The notes: generated from the sequence alone by a model not told the origin. A stretch of 64,000 nt of DNA from an uncultured delta proteobacterium (GCA_963815115.1 CAWFFN010000005.1:1504001-1568000), one strand, 5' to 3'. Numbered from the stretch's first letter, positions 40,625 through 52,147 are shown. Made by a program: numbers and translations.

Positions 40625-41037
40625 CTGTTTGCCCTCCTTTTTTTGCACCCGTCCTGGGGCGCACCCGACATACGCGCATCACTCGCGGCCGGTTCTTGCC
40701 TGCTCCGCTGACGTCGGCGGCACGACGGGCGCCGAGGGCGGGCCGCCCGCGCACGGCATCCGGGGGCGCCGCGCCTGTCAGGTGTGGCCCGATGGAGGCC
40801 GCGGCAGCGGGGCGGAGACGGCCGACGGGCTCAGGTCGCGCGGCCGAGGCGCTGATCCAGGCACGCGCGCGCCTTGCTCTTCTCTGCGCGCGAGCGGGTC
40901 GTTTGGATCACGGGGCACGTTGGGGGCCGACGAACGCGAAAGCACGCTTGCCAAGCGACTCTCCGGAGGACTATGGCCACCGGAAGGAAGAGCGTCTCGA
41001 CTATTGGGGAATTCGGCTCAGATCTGGAGGGGAAACC

Positions 41038-42633
41038 ATGAGCACGAATCACCGGAGATGGTATCGCTTCAGCGGAGTCGGGATCGGACTGATGGTGGTC
41101 TGCGCCGTGCTGACGGGCTCGACGGCGAGCGCGGCACCCAAGAGCAAGGTCGTCAACACGGACAACGGTCCGGTCAGAGGCATCGTGACGCCGACGATGC
41201 AGAAGTTCCTCGGCATCCCCTACGCCGCCGCCCCGGTCGGCGACCTTCGGTGGCGGCCGCCCCAGCCGCATGCGCGCTGGCACGGGCCGCTCGACGCGAG
41301 CGCGTTCGGAAACCATTGCCCGCAGCCGCCCTCGCCCTTCGGGCGCGCGAGCGTCACCGAGGATTGCCTGTTCCTGAACGTCTACACACCCCTCGGGATC
41401 AACCACGGCAAGCCCCATCGCCACCCGGTCATGGTGTGGATCCACGGGGGCGCGCTCTTCCTCGGGGAGAGCGACGACTACGACCCGACCAGACTCGTGG
41501 AAGCCGGCGACGTGATCGTGGTCTCGATCAACTATCGCCTCGGAGCTTTGGGGTTCCTCGCTCATCCGGCATTGAGCGCCGAATCCCCGGACCATGCGTC
41601 GGGAAACTACGGGCTCATGGACCAGCAGTTCGCGCTCCGGTGGGTGCGGCGGAACATCGCCGGCTTCGGCGGTGATCCCGCCAACGTGACCATCTTCGGT
41701 GAGTCCGCCGGCGGACTCAGCGTCCAGTCGCATCTCGCGTCTCCCACGGCAGCTGGGCTGTTCCGAAAGGCGATCGTGGAAAGCGGGGCCTACTCGCTGA
41801 CGCAGCCTCCGCTGGCGGCTGCCGAGGCCGGGGGCACCGCCTTCGCGACGCTGGTCGGCTGCAGCGACCAGACAGCCGCCTGCCTGCGTGCCGTGCCCGT
41901 CGAGACCTTCCTGGCCAACCAGGGTGGCGGCGGCTTCGTCCCCAACCTGGATGGCAGGCTGCTCCCCCAGTCGATCGGTGCAGCCTTCGCGAGCGGCCAG
42001 TTCAACCGGGTCCCGGTGATCGAAGGCTCGAACCACGACGAGTGGCGCCTCTTCGTGGCGTTGAACCAGGAGTTCGTCACCGGTCCGCTGACACCGGCGC
42101 AGTACCCGGGCGCCATCGCGTCGACGCTGGGCGTCCCGCCGGCGGTGGTGCCGTTGTTCGTCGCCGAGTACCCGCTCGCGAACTACCCGAGTCCGAGCGT
42201 CGCCCTGGGCGCGCTGGGCACCGACGGGATCTTCGCCTGCAACGCTCGCATCTCGGCCCAGCGCCTGTCCGCGCACGTACGGACGTTCGAATACGAGTTC
42301 AACGACGCCGACGCGCCACAGTTGTTCCTGCCACCGGTCAGCTTCCCGTACGGCGCCTACCACGCCGCCGAGATTCAGTATCTCTTCGGCCTGACCGCGG
42401 AGGTTCCGGCGCCGCCGCTGACCGCCGCTCAGGAGCAGCTCTCCGACGACATGGTCCGCTACTGGATTCAGTTCGCGCGAAGCGGCGATCCGAACTCGTT
42501 CCACACGCCATTCTGGCCGCGGTACGCGGCGGCCATCGACCGGGTTCAATCATTCGTGCCGCCGACGCCCGAGACGGAGACCGGGTTCAACGCCGATCAC
42601 AAGTGCGACTTCTGGGCTTCGCTCGGAGGGTAG
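41038..42633 (+). CDS. Type-B carboxylesterase, secreted
   Basis: FLGIPYA, EDCLFLNV, WIHGG, FGESAGG, YHAAE. Confidence 0.95.
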   Translation: MSTNHRRWYRFSGVGIGLMVVCAVLTGSTASAAPKSKVVNTDNGPVRGIVTPTMQKFLGIPYAAAPVGDLRWRPPQPHARWHGPLDASAFGNHCPQPPSPFGRASVTEDCLFLNVYTPLGINHGKPHRHPVMVWIHGGALFLGESDDYDPTRLVEAGDVIVVSINYRLGALGFLAHPALSAESPDHASGNYGLMDQQFALRWVRRNIAGFGGDPANVTIFGESAGGLSVQSHLASPTAAGLFRKAIVESGAYSLTQPPLAAAEAGGTAFATLVGCSDQTAACLRAVPVETFLANQGGGGFVPNLDGRLLPQSIGAAFASGQFNRVPVIEGSNHDEWRLFVALNQEFVTGPLTPAQYPGAIASTLGVPPAVVPLFVAEYPLANYPSPSVALGALGTDGIFACNARISAQRLSAHVRTFEYEFNDADAPQLFLPPVSFPYGAYHAAEIQYLFGLTAEVPAPPLTAAQEQLSDDMVRYWIQFARSGDPNSFHTPFWPRYAAAIDRVQSFVPPTPETETGFNADHKCDFWASLGG

Positions 42634-42655
42634 CGGTTCAGCGCGGCGCCCCGCA

Positions 42656-43521
42656 ATGAAGTCCAGCAGCCTGGGCCCAGGTCCCGGCGAGCCATATCTC
42701 CTGGGCGGCACGAGCGCCGAGCACGGGCGGCTGATTCGACAGGCTGCGATCTTCGATCCCTTCACCGAACGCTTGTTCCGTGATGCGGGGATCGGCCGGG
42801 GCAGCGCGTTCTGGACATCGGCTCCGGCGTCGGTGACGTGGCCATGCTGGTGGCCAGGCTGGTCGGCCCGAGGGGGGAGGTCGTGGGCGTCGAGCGCGAC
42901 GGAAGCACGCTGGCGAAGGCGCGATCCCGCGCCGCCGAGGCCGGATTCCACAACGTGAGGTTCATGGAATCCGACGTCGGCGACGTCGCGAGCGACCAGC
43001 CCTTCGATGCAGTCGTGGGGCGCCTCATCCTGGAGTTCCTGCCCGCGCCTGGTGCGGTCGTGCGCTCGCTCTCCGGCCTGGTGCGGCCCGGGGGTATCGT
43101 GGCCTTTCAGGGCGCGTGCTGGGGTCCCTTGCTCCAGCTGACGGCGCACCTGCCGTTGAGGGGCCAGTGCGCGTCGCTCATTCAGGCCTTCCGGCGCTCG
43201 GGGGTGAACATGGACATGGAGCTCGTTCTCTACCGGACGTTCCAGGCGGCGGGTCTGCCGGCGCCGAGCATGCGGATCGACGTCCCCGTCGGAGACGGCC
43301 CGGAGATCGCGAGCTGGGTGTACGATCTCTTTTGCAGCCTGCGACCGCGGATACCGCCGAACGACCTTGCCGGCAGTGTGCTCGGCGACGTGGAGTCGCT
43401 CGGGGCGAGACTGGAAGCCGAATTGGCCGGTACGACCACCTTCGGCGCGTGCATCGGGCTCGTCGGGGCCTGGTCCCGGAGGCCGGGGTCGACGGCATCC
43501 GCTGGCGGTGCCCCCCGATGA
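42656..43521 (+). CDS. Class I SAM methyltransferase, frameshifted at about 42797
   Basis: Adding one C gives IGPGQRVLDIGSGVGDV; FDAVVGR follows. Confidence 0.85.
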
Positions 43522-44313
43522 AGCTCGCGGACACCGTTCTCGACGCCATGGACCGCCGCCGACTGATCGAGCCGCTCAGCCGACCGCGATCCGTCCCTCG
43601 ACGACGACGGGGCCTACGCGATCGCGTGGGACGTCCACGCGCGGCGCCGTGAGCGCGGCGAGGAGCCCGTCGGCCGCAAGATCGGCTTCACCAACCGCAC
43701 GATCTGGGCCGAGTACGGGGTGTGGGCTCCGATCTGGAGCCACGTCTACGACTCCACCGTGCACCATGCCGAGGACGGCAACGCGCGCCTCGCGATCGGC
43801 CACCTGCTCCAGCCGCGGATCGAACCGGAGATCCAGCTGCACTTCGCACGGACCCCGCCGGTGACGCGTGACGAGACGGCGATTCTCGAATCCATCGACT
43901 GGATCGCGCACGGGTTCGAGATCGTCCAGAGCGTCTACCCCGACTGGAGATTCCGCAAGGTGGACGCGATCGCCGCCTTCGGTCTCCACGGTGCGCTGGT
44001 GGTGGGCCGGCCCGTTGCCGTTCGCGACATCGACGATTGCGCCGCGAAGCTGCGCAACTTCACGATCGTCCTGTCGGGTGACGACGGACGGACGGCGAGA
44101 GGCGGCGGGACGAACGTGCTGGACACTCCGCTGCTGGCCTTCGCGCACCTCGCCGAAGTGCTGGGGAAGCAAGCGCGGTTCGCACCCGTTCAGGCCGGCG
44201 AGGTCGTCACGACCGGCACCCTGACGAAGGCGCTGCCGGTTTCACCCGGCCAGACCTGGGCCACGGTGCTCGACGGTATCGACCTTCCGGGCTTGTCGAT
44301 CACCTTCGCCTGA
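43518..44313 (+). CDS. 2-keto-4-pentenoate hydratase / FAA hydrolase family, frameshifted at about 43581
   Basis: ATGA-coupled start; GRKIGFTN, PRIEPEI, GEVVTTGT. Confidence 0.85.
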
Positions 44314-44366
44314 GCTCGTCGCAAACGGCCTGCACCCCGGGGGCCGCTCGTGATAGTCCCGCGCCC

Positions 44367-45579
44367 ATGTCACGCCACCCGCTCCACGAGCATCCCCTTC
44401 GCAGCCTCTTCACCGATACCGGCGCGCGCAGCCGGCGAGCCTCGTCGTGGGACCGGAGCGGCCGCAACTGGGACTTTCTCGTCGTGGGCTCCGGGGAGAC
44501 GGTCACCCTGCTCGAGCACGAGGGTCCCGGGTGCGTCATGCACGTCTACTGCGCGCTGGCGTTTCCGGAGCTGACGGACTACCGCGACGCGATCCTGCGC
44601 TGCTACTGGGACGGCGAGGCGAGCCCGTCAGTCGAGGTGCCGCTGGGCGACTTCTTCGGCGTGGCCCACGCCCGCATCCGGCTGCTGCGCAGCGCGCTGG
44701 TCGCCATCAACCCCGGCTTCGGCTCGTCGCACGGCCTGCACGCCTACTTCCCGATGCCGTTCGCGACCGGCGCACGGATCACGCTCGAGCATCGCGGCGA
44801 CCGGGCGCTCGGCGGCGCGCTGCCCGGCGCTCTGGTACCACATCGACTACGAGACCTACGACGCCCCGCCGCCCGCCGACACGCTGCGCTTCCACGCGCA
44901 GTGGCGGCAGGAACGTCCGACCGTCGCGGTGGGGCCGCGCCCGAACGTGCAGCTGCACGGAGGAGTCAACCTGGACGGCGCCGACAATTACGTCGCGCTC
45001 GACGCGGTCGGCGCCGGCCAGATGGTCGGGTTGCTGCTCGAGATCAACAACGTCGCCGGCGGGTGGTACGGGGAAGGGGACGACATGGTCTTCGTGGACG
45101 GCGACTCGTGGCCGCCGTCCATCCACGGCACCGGCACCGAGGAGATCTTCGGCGGCGGCGCGTGCCCCGTGCGCGAGTTCGCCGCGCCGTACCACGGGTT
45201 CCATCTGATCGAGTCGCCCGACCATGCCGGGCTGGTCGGCGCGTATCGCTGGTTCGTCCACGACCCGATCCGCTTCACGCGCTCGCTGCGCTGGACGGTG
45301 GAGCACGGCCACGCCAACAACTTCGCGAACGAGTACGCGTCGGTGGCCTACTGGTACCAGACGGAGCCGCACGCGTCCTTCCCCGCGCTGCCGGCGCGGG
45401 ACGCGCTGCGGCCGGCGCTGCCGCCGGCCTACGACGAGGCACGCGAGGCCTATCTCGGTGCCGTCGGTCAGGCGTTGCAGGCGGGGGCGATGCCCGAGCT
45501 GTATCGCCTGGCGGCGATCGGCGAGCTGTTCTACGCGGGTCGGTTCGAGGACGCGCTGCGACGGGTGCGCGAGGGCTGA
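44367..45579 (+). CDS. DUF2961 (GH172-like) protein, frameshifted at about 44826
   Basis: YWDGEASPSVEVPLGDFFG, MPFA; WYGEGDDM, GTGTEE, EHGHAN, SVAYWYQ. Confidence 0.85.
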
Positions 45580-45654
45580 GATGCGGCCGGGCCGCCGGCC
45601 GCACCAGAGACATGCGCGGCCGACGGCCCGGAATCGAGAGAGCGGGGACCGGGA

Positions 45655-46353
45655 TCAGAAATCCGCGTGGAACGGCGGCGTGCCGAGGTTGGCCAGCGGA
45701 ACCACCACGGCGGACGCTGCGAAGATGTCATCGGGTGTCTGGAAATTCTCGCAGCAGAGGCCGCGCGTCGTGATGAAGGTCGAACACGTGTTGGTGTCGA
45801 ATTCTTGCGACTTGACGGTGTGCGTGCTGCCCGGCAGGTCCGGGAAGTAGGCATTGTTGGCGAATGCCCCGATGAAGGGGACGAGATCGGAACGAAACAC
45901 CTGGACGAGGGTCTCTCCCGTGCAGTCGGTGTTCTCGTGGTAGAGTGTGATCGAGCCCTGGAAGAAACCTTCCTCGTTCTCGTCGGCGAAGAGGATGCCC
46001 GCCCCGACCCCCGGCACCTTGAGGGCGATCGAGTCGGAATGGCCGACGTCGCCGATGCCGATGATTCTCCCAGTGCTGTCGACCACCGGGAAATCTCCGG
46101 GGTCGCCCTTCGCTCCCTTCGCGCCGGGAGCTCCAGGAGCGCCGGGTGCGCCCGCGCTGCCGGCCGCGCCGTTGCCTCCCGCGGGACCCTGCGCACCGAC
46201 GAACTGCGCGAGATCGATGGGCGATTCCTTCTTCTTGCACGCGTCGCGCAGGACCACGACGCCCGACTTCTTGACGCACAAAGCGGCATCCCCGCGGCCC
46301 GCGACGAGCGCGAGCGCAGCTGCAGCGATGGCGATGGAACGAATACCGTTCAT
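45655..46353 (-). CDS. Secreted short collagen-like protein
   Basis: Signal peptide, CVKKSG...CKKKE knob, about 10 Gly-X-Y triplets, Cys-containing head. Confidence 0.88.
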   Translation of the reverse strand: MNGIRSIAIAAAALALVAGRGDAALCVKKSGVVVLRDACKKKESPIDLAQFVGAQGPAGGNGAAGSAGAPGAPGAPGAKGAKGDPGDFPVVDSTGRIIGIGDVGHSDSIALKVPGVGAGILFADENEEGFFQGSITLYHENTDCTGETLVQVFRSDLVPFIGAFANNAYFPDLPGSTHTVKSQEFDTNTCSTFITTRGLCCENFQTPDDIFAASAVVVPLANLGTPPFHADF

Positions 46354-46434
46354 CTGGTGGTCCTCCTTGACCTGACGCCGGGCCGCCGGTCGTTCTCAAG
46401 AGACGCCGGTTTCCCGAATTCAATTGCGCTAGGT

Positions 46435-46464
46435 GCGCTACCTTCCAGGTAGCGGGCCGCTACC
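46435..46464. promoter_or_regulatory. 30-bp triple-heptamer motif, copy 2
   Basis: GCGCTACCTTCCAGGTAGCGGGCCGCTACC. Confidence 0.7.
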
Positions 46465-46621
46465 CGAAAATACCCTTCACGAACGGCCGCTTGCTCGTCA
46501 CGGTGTCACGGCGCGCCACCGGAGCCGCTGGCCCAGCAGGGATGCTCGGATCTACGCGAGTGCAACCCGCCAGCTCGGGGCTGCGCGAACGTTCAGCGCA
46601 GGGCGGCCCGCCGTGACGATC

Positions 46622-48289
46622 TCAGCCGTTGGCGCCGGGATATCCGGGGACGAAAAAGACGTTGGGCTGAATCCGCCGGATGGTGGTATTGCGCCGGATG
46701 ACGGTCGAGAGGCGGGTCTGACGGATCCGGTAGATCTCGCCACGCGGCAGGAGGCGGCTGTACCAGAAGCGGTCGCCGGCGCGCGAGCGGGTGAACTGCT
46801 CGACCAGCACGGTCATCAGCGTCTCTCCGACGATGCGGCCCGGGAGGTCGTCCTCGACGAGCAAACCGACGAAGGTGTCGACATCGTCGACGTCGCCGTA
46901 GAGCTGCTGGAGTGTTGCTGCCAGCGCGCGGTCGGAGGTGATCTCGGAGAAGGTCCGCTTGCGCGGCAGTCCGTAGTCGGCGCGCACGGTATTGAAGTCC
47001 GGAAGTCCGTGATCGCGGCCGCGCTGGAGGTTGAGGGAGATCAGATCGAGGCCGCCGCTGCGCGGGGCGCCGAAGAGAAAATTCCGCACGTCGTCGATCA
47101 CCTGGGCATCGAGCTCTTGTGCGCGCTGGACCGCGAGGCCGCGCAGGATCGGCTCCAGGCCCTCCTGCTTGAGGATCGGCGGGGTTGCGCTGAAGAACGC
47201 CTCGCGAAGTGCGAGCGGTCCTTCGGGAACTGTCCGTCCGCGCGCGTCGAGGCGTTGGATCACCGCGCTGAGGAGGGTGTGGCCGAGGCGGTAGGCCGCG
47301 GTGGAGAAGACGGTCGCGATTCCCGCGTCGACCGTCGGATCGTAGGGGCCGTCGGGCCCCAGTGCGTCCGGACCGAGCAAAGCGGGCAGGAACTCACCGT
47401 AGGTGATGGCCTGGATCTCGCCGATCACGATTCGGCGCGCGCGCTGGTAGATCTCCTCGTCGGATAGACGAGGATGGACCCTCGCGATCCGCGCTGCCTG
47501 GCTGTTGTGCTCGCGGACGAACAGCGTGTGCAGGCAAGCCAGCGTCGGCTGCTCGTTCGCTCGGATGTCGCCCGCCACGAACGCGTCGGTCGAAAGATTC
47601 GGGGCCTCGGGTGAGCCGGCGTTCGGCTGCGTGCCGTCGTTGAACGGCAGGAGCGCGCCCGCGGCCGTTTCCGTGACCTTGAGTCGACCGCCGCTTCCGG
47701 TGCGCAGCCAGGCGGCCCGTTCGGCGGTCGAGCCGTAGACGTTCGACCCATCGATGTAGGCCGTGATCTCGTTGACCTGCTCGCGAGGGTTCGTGGTTCC
47801 GGTGGCGGGATCGAAGAGCGAGCGATGGAATGCGATCACCTGCAGGTTGGTGAAGAAGGGATCGAAGAACGGGTCGCCGGAGGGGACGGCGATCGGCAAT
47901 CCCTCGCGCGCTCCCTCGGTCAGGCTGAGATCGTGATCGAGAAACTGGCCCCAGGTCCAGATGTAGTCGCTGAGTCCGATCGCGCTCGGAAACGACGCGG
48001 TCTGATCGAAGATCGCGTCGCTCAGCAGGCGGGGACTCGGCCGGGTCGCCCCGGCGGGGGCTGCAATGCCGTCGGCATAGTGGGAGCCGCTCGCGCCCCG
48101 TAGGAGGTGCGCACCCGGAGCGCCCCAGCCGGGGTGGGCGAGGTTGTTGCCCCTGCCATCGATCGGACGGACGGGAGGCTCCCAGCCGCCCGCGGCAGTC
48201 GCCGCAAGCATCACGACGAGGAGAACGCCGGCCGGAAGGCGCTTCCGGGCGGAAGCGATGACGGCCAGGCGGGAGGTTGACCAGCCCAC
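46622..48289 (-). CDS. Animal-type heme peroxidase (peroxidase-cyclooxygenase superfamily), secreted
   Basis: DGRGNN, WGQFLDHD, AGDIRANE, REHN, AYRLGHT, QRGRDHGLP, GDRFWY; start uncertain. Confidence 0.92.
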   Translation of the reverse strand: MGWSTSRLAVIASARKRLPAGVLLVVMLAATAAGGWEPPVRPIDGRGNNLAHPGWGAPGAHLLRGASGSHYADGIAAPAGATRPSPRLLSDAIFDQTASFPSAIGLSDYIWTWGQFLDHDLSLTEGAREGLPIAVPSGDPFFDPFFTNLQVIAFHRSLFDPATGTTNPREQVNEITAYIDGSNVYGSTAERAAWLRTGSGGRLKVTETAAGALLPFNDGTQPNAGSPEAPNLSTDAFVAGDIRANEQPTLACLHTLFVREHNSQAARIARVHPRLSDEEIYQRARRIVIGEIQAITYGEFLPALLGPDALGPDGPYDPTVDAGIATVFSTAAYRLGHTLLSAVIQRLDARGRTVPEGPLALREAFFSATPPILKQEGLEPILRGLAVQRAQELDAQVIDDVRNFLFGAPRSGGLDLISLNLQRGRDHGLPDFNTVRADYGLPRKRTFSEITSDRALAATLQQLYGDVDDVDTFVGLLVEDDLPGRIVGETLMTVLVEQFTRSRAGDRFWYSRLLPRGEIYRIRQTRLSTVIRRNTTIRRIQPNVFFVPGYPGANG

Positions 48290-48438
48290 GGAGCGTGGCT
48301 ACCACGGGCGACCGCTGCGCGGCCAGCACTTTGCAGGCAGGGCGCTTGAAGATTTCCATCACCGCCGCGAGACTTCGACCCCCATCGCCCTCCTCGGAGA
48401 GAAGCACCAGGCGCCATGGCGGTTGTGCCGTGCGTTCC

Positions 48439-49062
48439 TCAGGACCGGAGGCCCGCGAAGGCAGCCGCGATCCGCAGGCCGGCCCTCGGGCGGGCGTACA
48501 TCCGCTCCATGTAGGCGCGCAGGCCCGCGAAGTCTCCCAGCAGGCCGCTCTCGTTGGCCCAGTCGAGCGTATAGGCCGTCACGAAGTCGACCACGCCGGC
48601 GTGGGCGCCGACGACGAACTCGCGCCCCTCCATGTGACGAGCGAGGACGGCCGCCATCTCGGTGAACTCGCGGCGCGCGATCGCGACATCGGCCGGAAGA
48701 CGCTGCTCCTCGGGATAGAGCCTGGTGTGACGGACGATGCGCCACAGCGGCTGCTCGAGCTCGGTGGCGGCGAAGAGAAGCCAGCGGTACGCCTGTGCTC
48801 TCCCCTCGGCCGAACCCGGAAGGAGGCCCTGCTCGCGGTACTTGTCGGCCAGGTACATCACGATGGCCACCGATTCGGTGAGGACGACGTCGCCGTCCAC
48901 CAGCACGGGGACCTTGGCGGCGGGGTTGAGGGCAAGGAACTCCGGCCGGCGATGGTCACCGGCAATCAGGTTCACGGTGACGGACTCGAAGTCGACGCCC
49001 AGCTCCTGGAGCGTCCAGCGGACGCGGATCGAGCGGGTAGGGGGGAACTCGTACAGTCGCAT
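48439..49062 (-). CDS. Glutathione S-transferase
   Basis: RSIRVRW, LNPAAKVPVL, ESVAI. Confidence 0.93.
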   Translation of the reverse strand: MRLYEFPPTRSIRVRWTLQELGVDFESVTVNLIAGDHRRPEFLALNPAAKVPVLVDGDVVLTESVAIVMYLADKYREQGLLPGSAEGRAQAYRWLLFAATELEQPLWRIVRHTRLYPEEQRLPADVAIARREFTEMAAVLARHMEGREFVVGAHAGVVDFVTAYTLDWANESGLLGDFAGLRAYMERMYARPRAGLRIAAAFAGLRS

Positions 49063-49369
49063 GGTCTGCCTCCTTGACGCGGCCGATTGTGACCTCGTTC
49101 ATGAGTCGTTCCGGCAAGCTCGATTTCGACACCCCCTGGCACCTTGGCAGGTCCGGTCAGCGCCCGAGCGCGGCGCACACCGCTGCGGCGAGCGGCGTGG
49201 GCGACCGATGAGGCGCCGAAGCTCACCGGTCGCGTCGTGGTGTAGCCGACAACGGCCGTGCTCTTGCGAGTCCCTAAGGTTGCTGCGCTCCTCGCCGAGA
49301 CACGAGCGAGCACGGTACGTCGCCCTTCTCGTTGACGGCCTTGCGCGGGCCGCGGTACTCCTGGCGACC

Positions 49370-52081
49370 ATGCGCGTCGTGCTCGTCCGCGTCGCCGTTG
49401 TCCTGGGACTCGGCTTCTACTCCGTAGCAGCAGTCGCCGCGCCGTGCGACTGGCTCGTCTACGACGCGGCCCGCGGAGCTCCACAGGTGTTCTTCACGGA
49501 TCCCGACGGCACCCCGCCGCTTGCGATGCGCTTCGACGCCGACTTCGCCGCCGCCGGTGGAACATTGTCCGAGCAAGGGGGACTCGACTTCGACGGCGAC
49601 GGGAAGACCGATGTCTTCCGGAAGCACGTCCGCCCGGATCTGTTCGGACAGTGGCAGCACGTCGCCGGCGGCGCGCCGGCGGCGTGGATCGACATGGCGT
49701 ACGCGGGTGACTCCATGTCGAATCTCGCGTTCGGCGACTTCGACGCCGACGGGAAGACCGATGTCCTCGCCGTCCAGTACCGGGGATCCTCGAAGTACTA
49801 CTGGAGCTACTCGAGCGGCGGCGTGAACAGCTACGTCGACCTGAACTATAGCAGCGCCGCCATGTACCAGCTCGGGTTCGGCCGGTTCGACGCGGGCCCG
49901 TCGACCGACATCCTGGCGGCGATCGAGACCGGGTATCTCTCGGGGATGTTCCCCTACCAGTACTCGCCCGGCGGCGTCGGAGCATTCGCGCCGCTCATGA
50001 CCGGAACCGTCAGCCGCCAGAACCTGCGGTTCGGCGACTTCGACGGCGACGGCCGGACCGACCTCTTCACCGCAGTCGACCAGGGCGACGGGACATTCCA
50101 GTGGGAGTATGCGCCCGGCGGCGCCTCGGCGTTCGTGAACCTCGCGCGGACGCCGTACGCGATCCCGGAGATCGGGTTCGGCGATTTCGACGGCGACGGG
50201 AAGACCGATCCGTTCGCCCTCCACCCGCTTCCGGGAGGCGGCTTCGAGTGGCTCTACTGGCCAGGGGGCACCGGCGATGCGGTGCTCCTCAACACCGTCG
50301 ACGGCCCCATGCCCGTCTTCGGCAACTTCGTCGGCGACGCACGCACCGACGCGCTCGTCCTGCGCTGCGGAGCCGAGCCGCTGATCCGGGAGCATCCCGA
50401 AGTGGCGGCGCCGAGGGATCGGCAGACGGCGGTGCAATACTTCGTCGGCGAGGTGAACGGCGACGGGCGGCCGGACCTGATCCGCAACTCCACGTGCCAG
50501 AAGCTCGGGGCCTTCGCGTGCGCTGAGGATGCGAACCTGGTGAGCGTTCTCCTCGGCGACGGGACGGGCGGCTTCGCGGTCGGTTCCTGGCAGACGTTGA
50601 GCCCTTCCGGATTCGAGGACGTCCAGTCGTTTGCCGGCGATGTAACGGGTGACGGCCTCACCGACCTCGTCTGGATAAAGTTCGTATCGAGCACCAGCTC
50701 GGACGTGTACGTGGCGCGGGCCGTCGGCGACGGCTCGTTCGTGCTCGGCGACAAGCAGACCTTGAACCCGCCAACATATGCGAACCCCTACCTCATCGAC
50801 GTGAACCACGACGGTCGAGCCGACCTCGTCTGGGAGACGGTGTGCGTGTACGGGAAGGGTTTCGACTGGGACAGCTGTTCCGTTGGCGATGTGAACCAGG
50901 TTGCGGTCGCGTTCGGGGGCGCGAACGGCATGTTCGCGCTGACGTCGCCGCAGACCCTCGGTGGCACCGGCTGGAGCGGGTACCATGCGCTGGTCGGGGA
51001 CGTGAACGGCGACGGCAACGTCGACCTCGTGTTCGACTCGACGTGCCAGCCAAGCGGTCCTACCGACTTCATCTGCTCTGCGGGGACCAACAACTACATC
51101 TTCACGGCGCTCGGCGACGGCTTCGGTGGCTTCGCATTGGGTCCGTTCCAGAACTACGGGTCCGGCTGGAAGGAGTACAACGACCACTTCGTCTACATGG
51201 CAGACGTGAGCGGCGACGGTCTGGACGATCTGCTCTGGCTCGCGACCTGCCCCGGCGACTCGTCGTGCGAGGGTGGAGGCTCGCAGCTCGTTCGTGTCGC
51301 GCTGTCCAACGGCAACGGCACGTTCGCCGTCACATCGCCGCAGGATCTCGGCTTCGGATACTGGAATTCGTTCAGACTCGAGCGCGGCGACGTGAACGGC
51401 GACGGCAAGGTCGATCTCCTGCTCTACGCGCTGAGCTCCCCCTCTGACACGAGGAGTCTCAACTCCGGTGTCGTTCACGAGCTGCTGGCCGACGGCTCCG
51501 GTGGCTTCTCGGTGTCGCCGCTCCAGGTGATGTCCGGGCGTCTCTGGAAGGGGCACAACAGTACCCCGACGCTCATCGTCGGCGACGTGACCGGTGATTC
51601 GGCGGCAGAGCTCGTCTGGGTCGACTCCGATACGACGCGCGACCACGATCGCGTGGTGGTGAGCGGCGACTTGCCCACGACGACCACCTCGCTCCCCACC
51701 ACCACACCGACGACCACGTCCCCGACGACGACCACCACGTTGCCGACTCCGTCCGACTGCGTGGCCACGCCGGGGATCGGCGGGCTCCAGTGTCTCTGCG
51801 GTCGTGGTCTCGCGATCGGCCTCTGCGCGGGGGCGAACGTCCCACACAAGATCGATGCGCTTCACGGGAAGGCGTGCAACCTGATCGACCGCGCTGCGGC
51901 CGCGAGCGGGAAGAAGCGGAAGAAGCTTCTCGGCAAGGCGCTCGGTCGGCTGCGCACGCTGTCGAGCGCCGCGGGCAAGCACGGAGTGCAAAAGAAGCTG
52001 CCCCCGGGATGCGGAGGGGAGCTGGTGAGCGACCTCACGACGCTGCGGGACCTGACGAAGGAGCGAAAGGCCACGCCCTGA
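49370..52081 (+). CDS. Secreted FG-GAP/VCBS repeat protein with Thr linker and Lys-rich C-terminal domain
   Basis: Many GDFDGDGxTD / GDVNGDG repeats; TTTTSLPTTT; KKRKKLLGKA...C. Confidence 0.9.
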   Translation: MRVVLVRVAVVLGLGFYSVAAVAAPCDWLVYDAARGAPQVFFTDPDGTPPLAMRFDADFAAAGGTLSEQGGLDFDGDGKTDVFRKHVRPDLFGQWQHVAGGAPAAWIDMAYAGDSMSNLAFGDFDADGKTDVLAVQYRGSSKYYWSYSSGGVNSYVDLNYSSAAMYQLGFGRFDAGPSTDILAAIETGYLSGMFPYQYSPGGVGAFAPLMTGTVSRQNLRFGDFDGDGRTDLFTAVDQGDGTFQWEYAPGGASAFVNLARTPYAIPEIGFGDFDGDGKTDPFALHPLPGGGFEWLYWPGGTGDAVLLNTVDGPMPVFGNFVGDARTDALVLRCGAEPLIREHPEVAAPRDRQTAVQYFVGEVNGDGRPDLIRNSTCQKLGAFACAEDANLVSVLLGDGTGGFAVGSWQTLSPSGFEDVQSFAGDVTGDGLTDLVWIKFVSSTSSDVYVARAVGDGSFVLGDKQTLNPPTYANPYLIDVNHDGRADLVWETVCVYGKGFDWDSCSVGDVNQVAVAFGGANGMFALTSPQTLGGTGWSGYHALVGDVNGDGNVDLVFDSTCQPSGPTDFICSAGTNNYIFTALGDGFGGFALGPFQNYGSGWKEYNDHFVYMADVSGDGLDDLLWLATCPGDSSCEGGGSQLVRVALSNGNGTFAVTSPQDLGFGYWNSFRLERGDVNGDGKVDLLLYALSSPSDTRSLNSGVVHELLADGSGGFSVSPLQVMSGRLWKGHNSTPTLIVGDVTGDSAAELVWVDSDTTRDHDRVVVSGDLPTTTTSLPTTTPTTTSPTTTTTLPTPSDCVATPGIGGLQCLCGRGLAIGLCAGANVPHKIDALHGKACNLIDRAAAASGKKRKKLLGKALGRLRTLSSAAGKHGVQKKLPPGCGGELVSDLTTLRDLTKERKATP

Positions 52082-52147
52082 GACCGACGCGGCACGTCGT
52101 TCTCGACGTGACGGCACGATCCCTTCTCTCCTCACGGATTTCGAGTG

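Noticed and set aside
40830-40930. Possible TPR gene remnant (GRAAEALIQARARLALLCARAGRLD)
   Set aside because: Too short and degenerate to support without an alignment.
42790-44830. Programmed ribosomal frameshifting or phase variation
   Set aside because: No slippery heptamers or long homopolymers, and the shifts have mixed signs; sequencing error is simpler.
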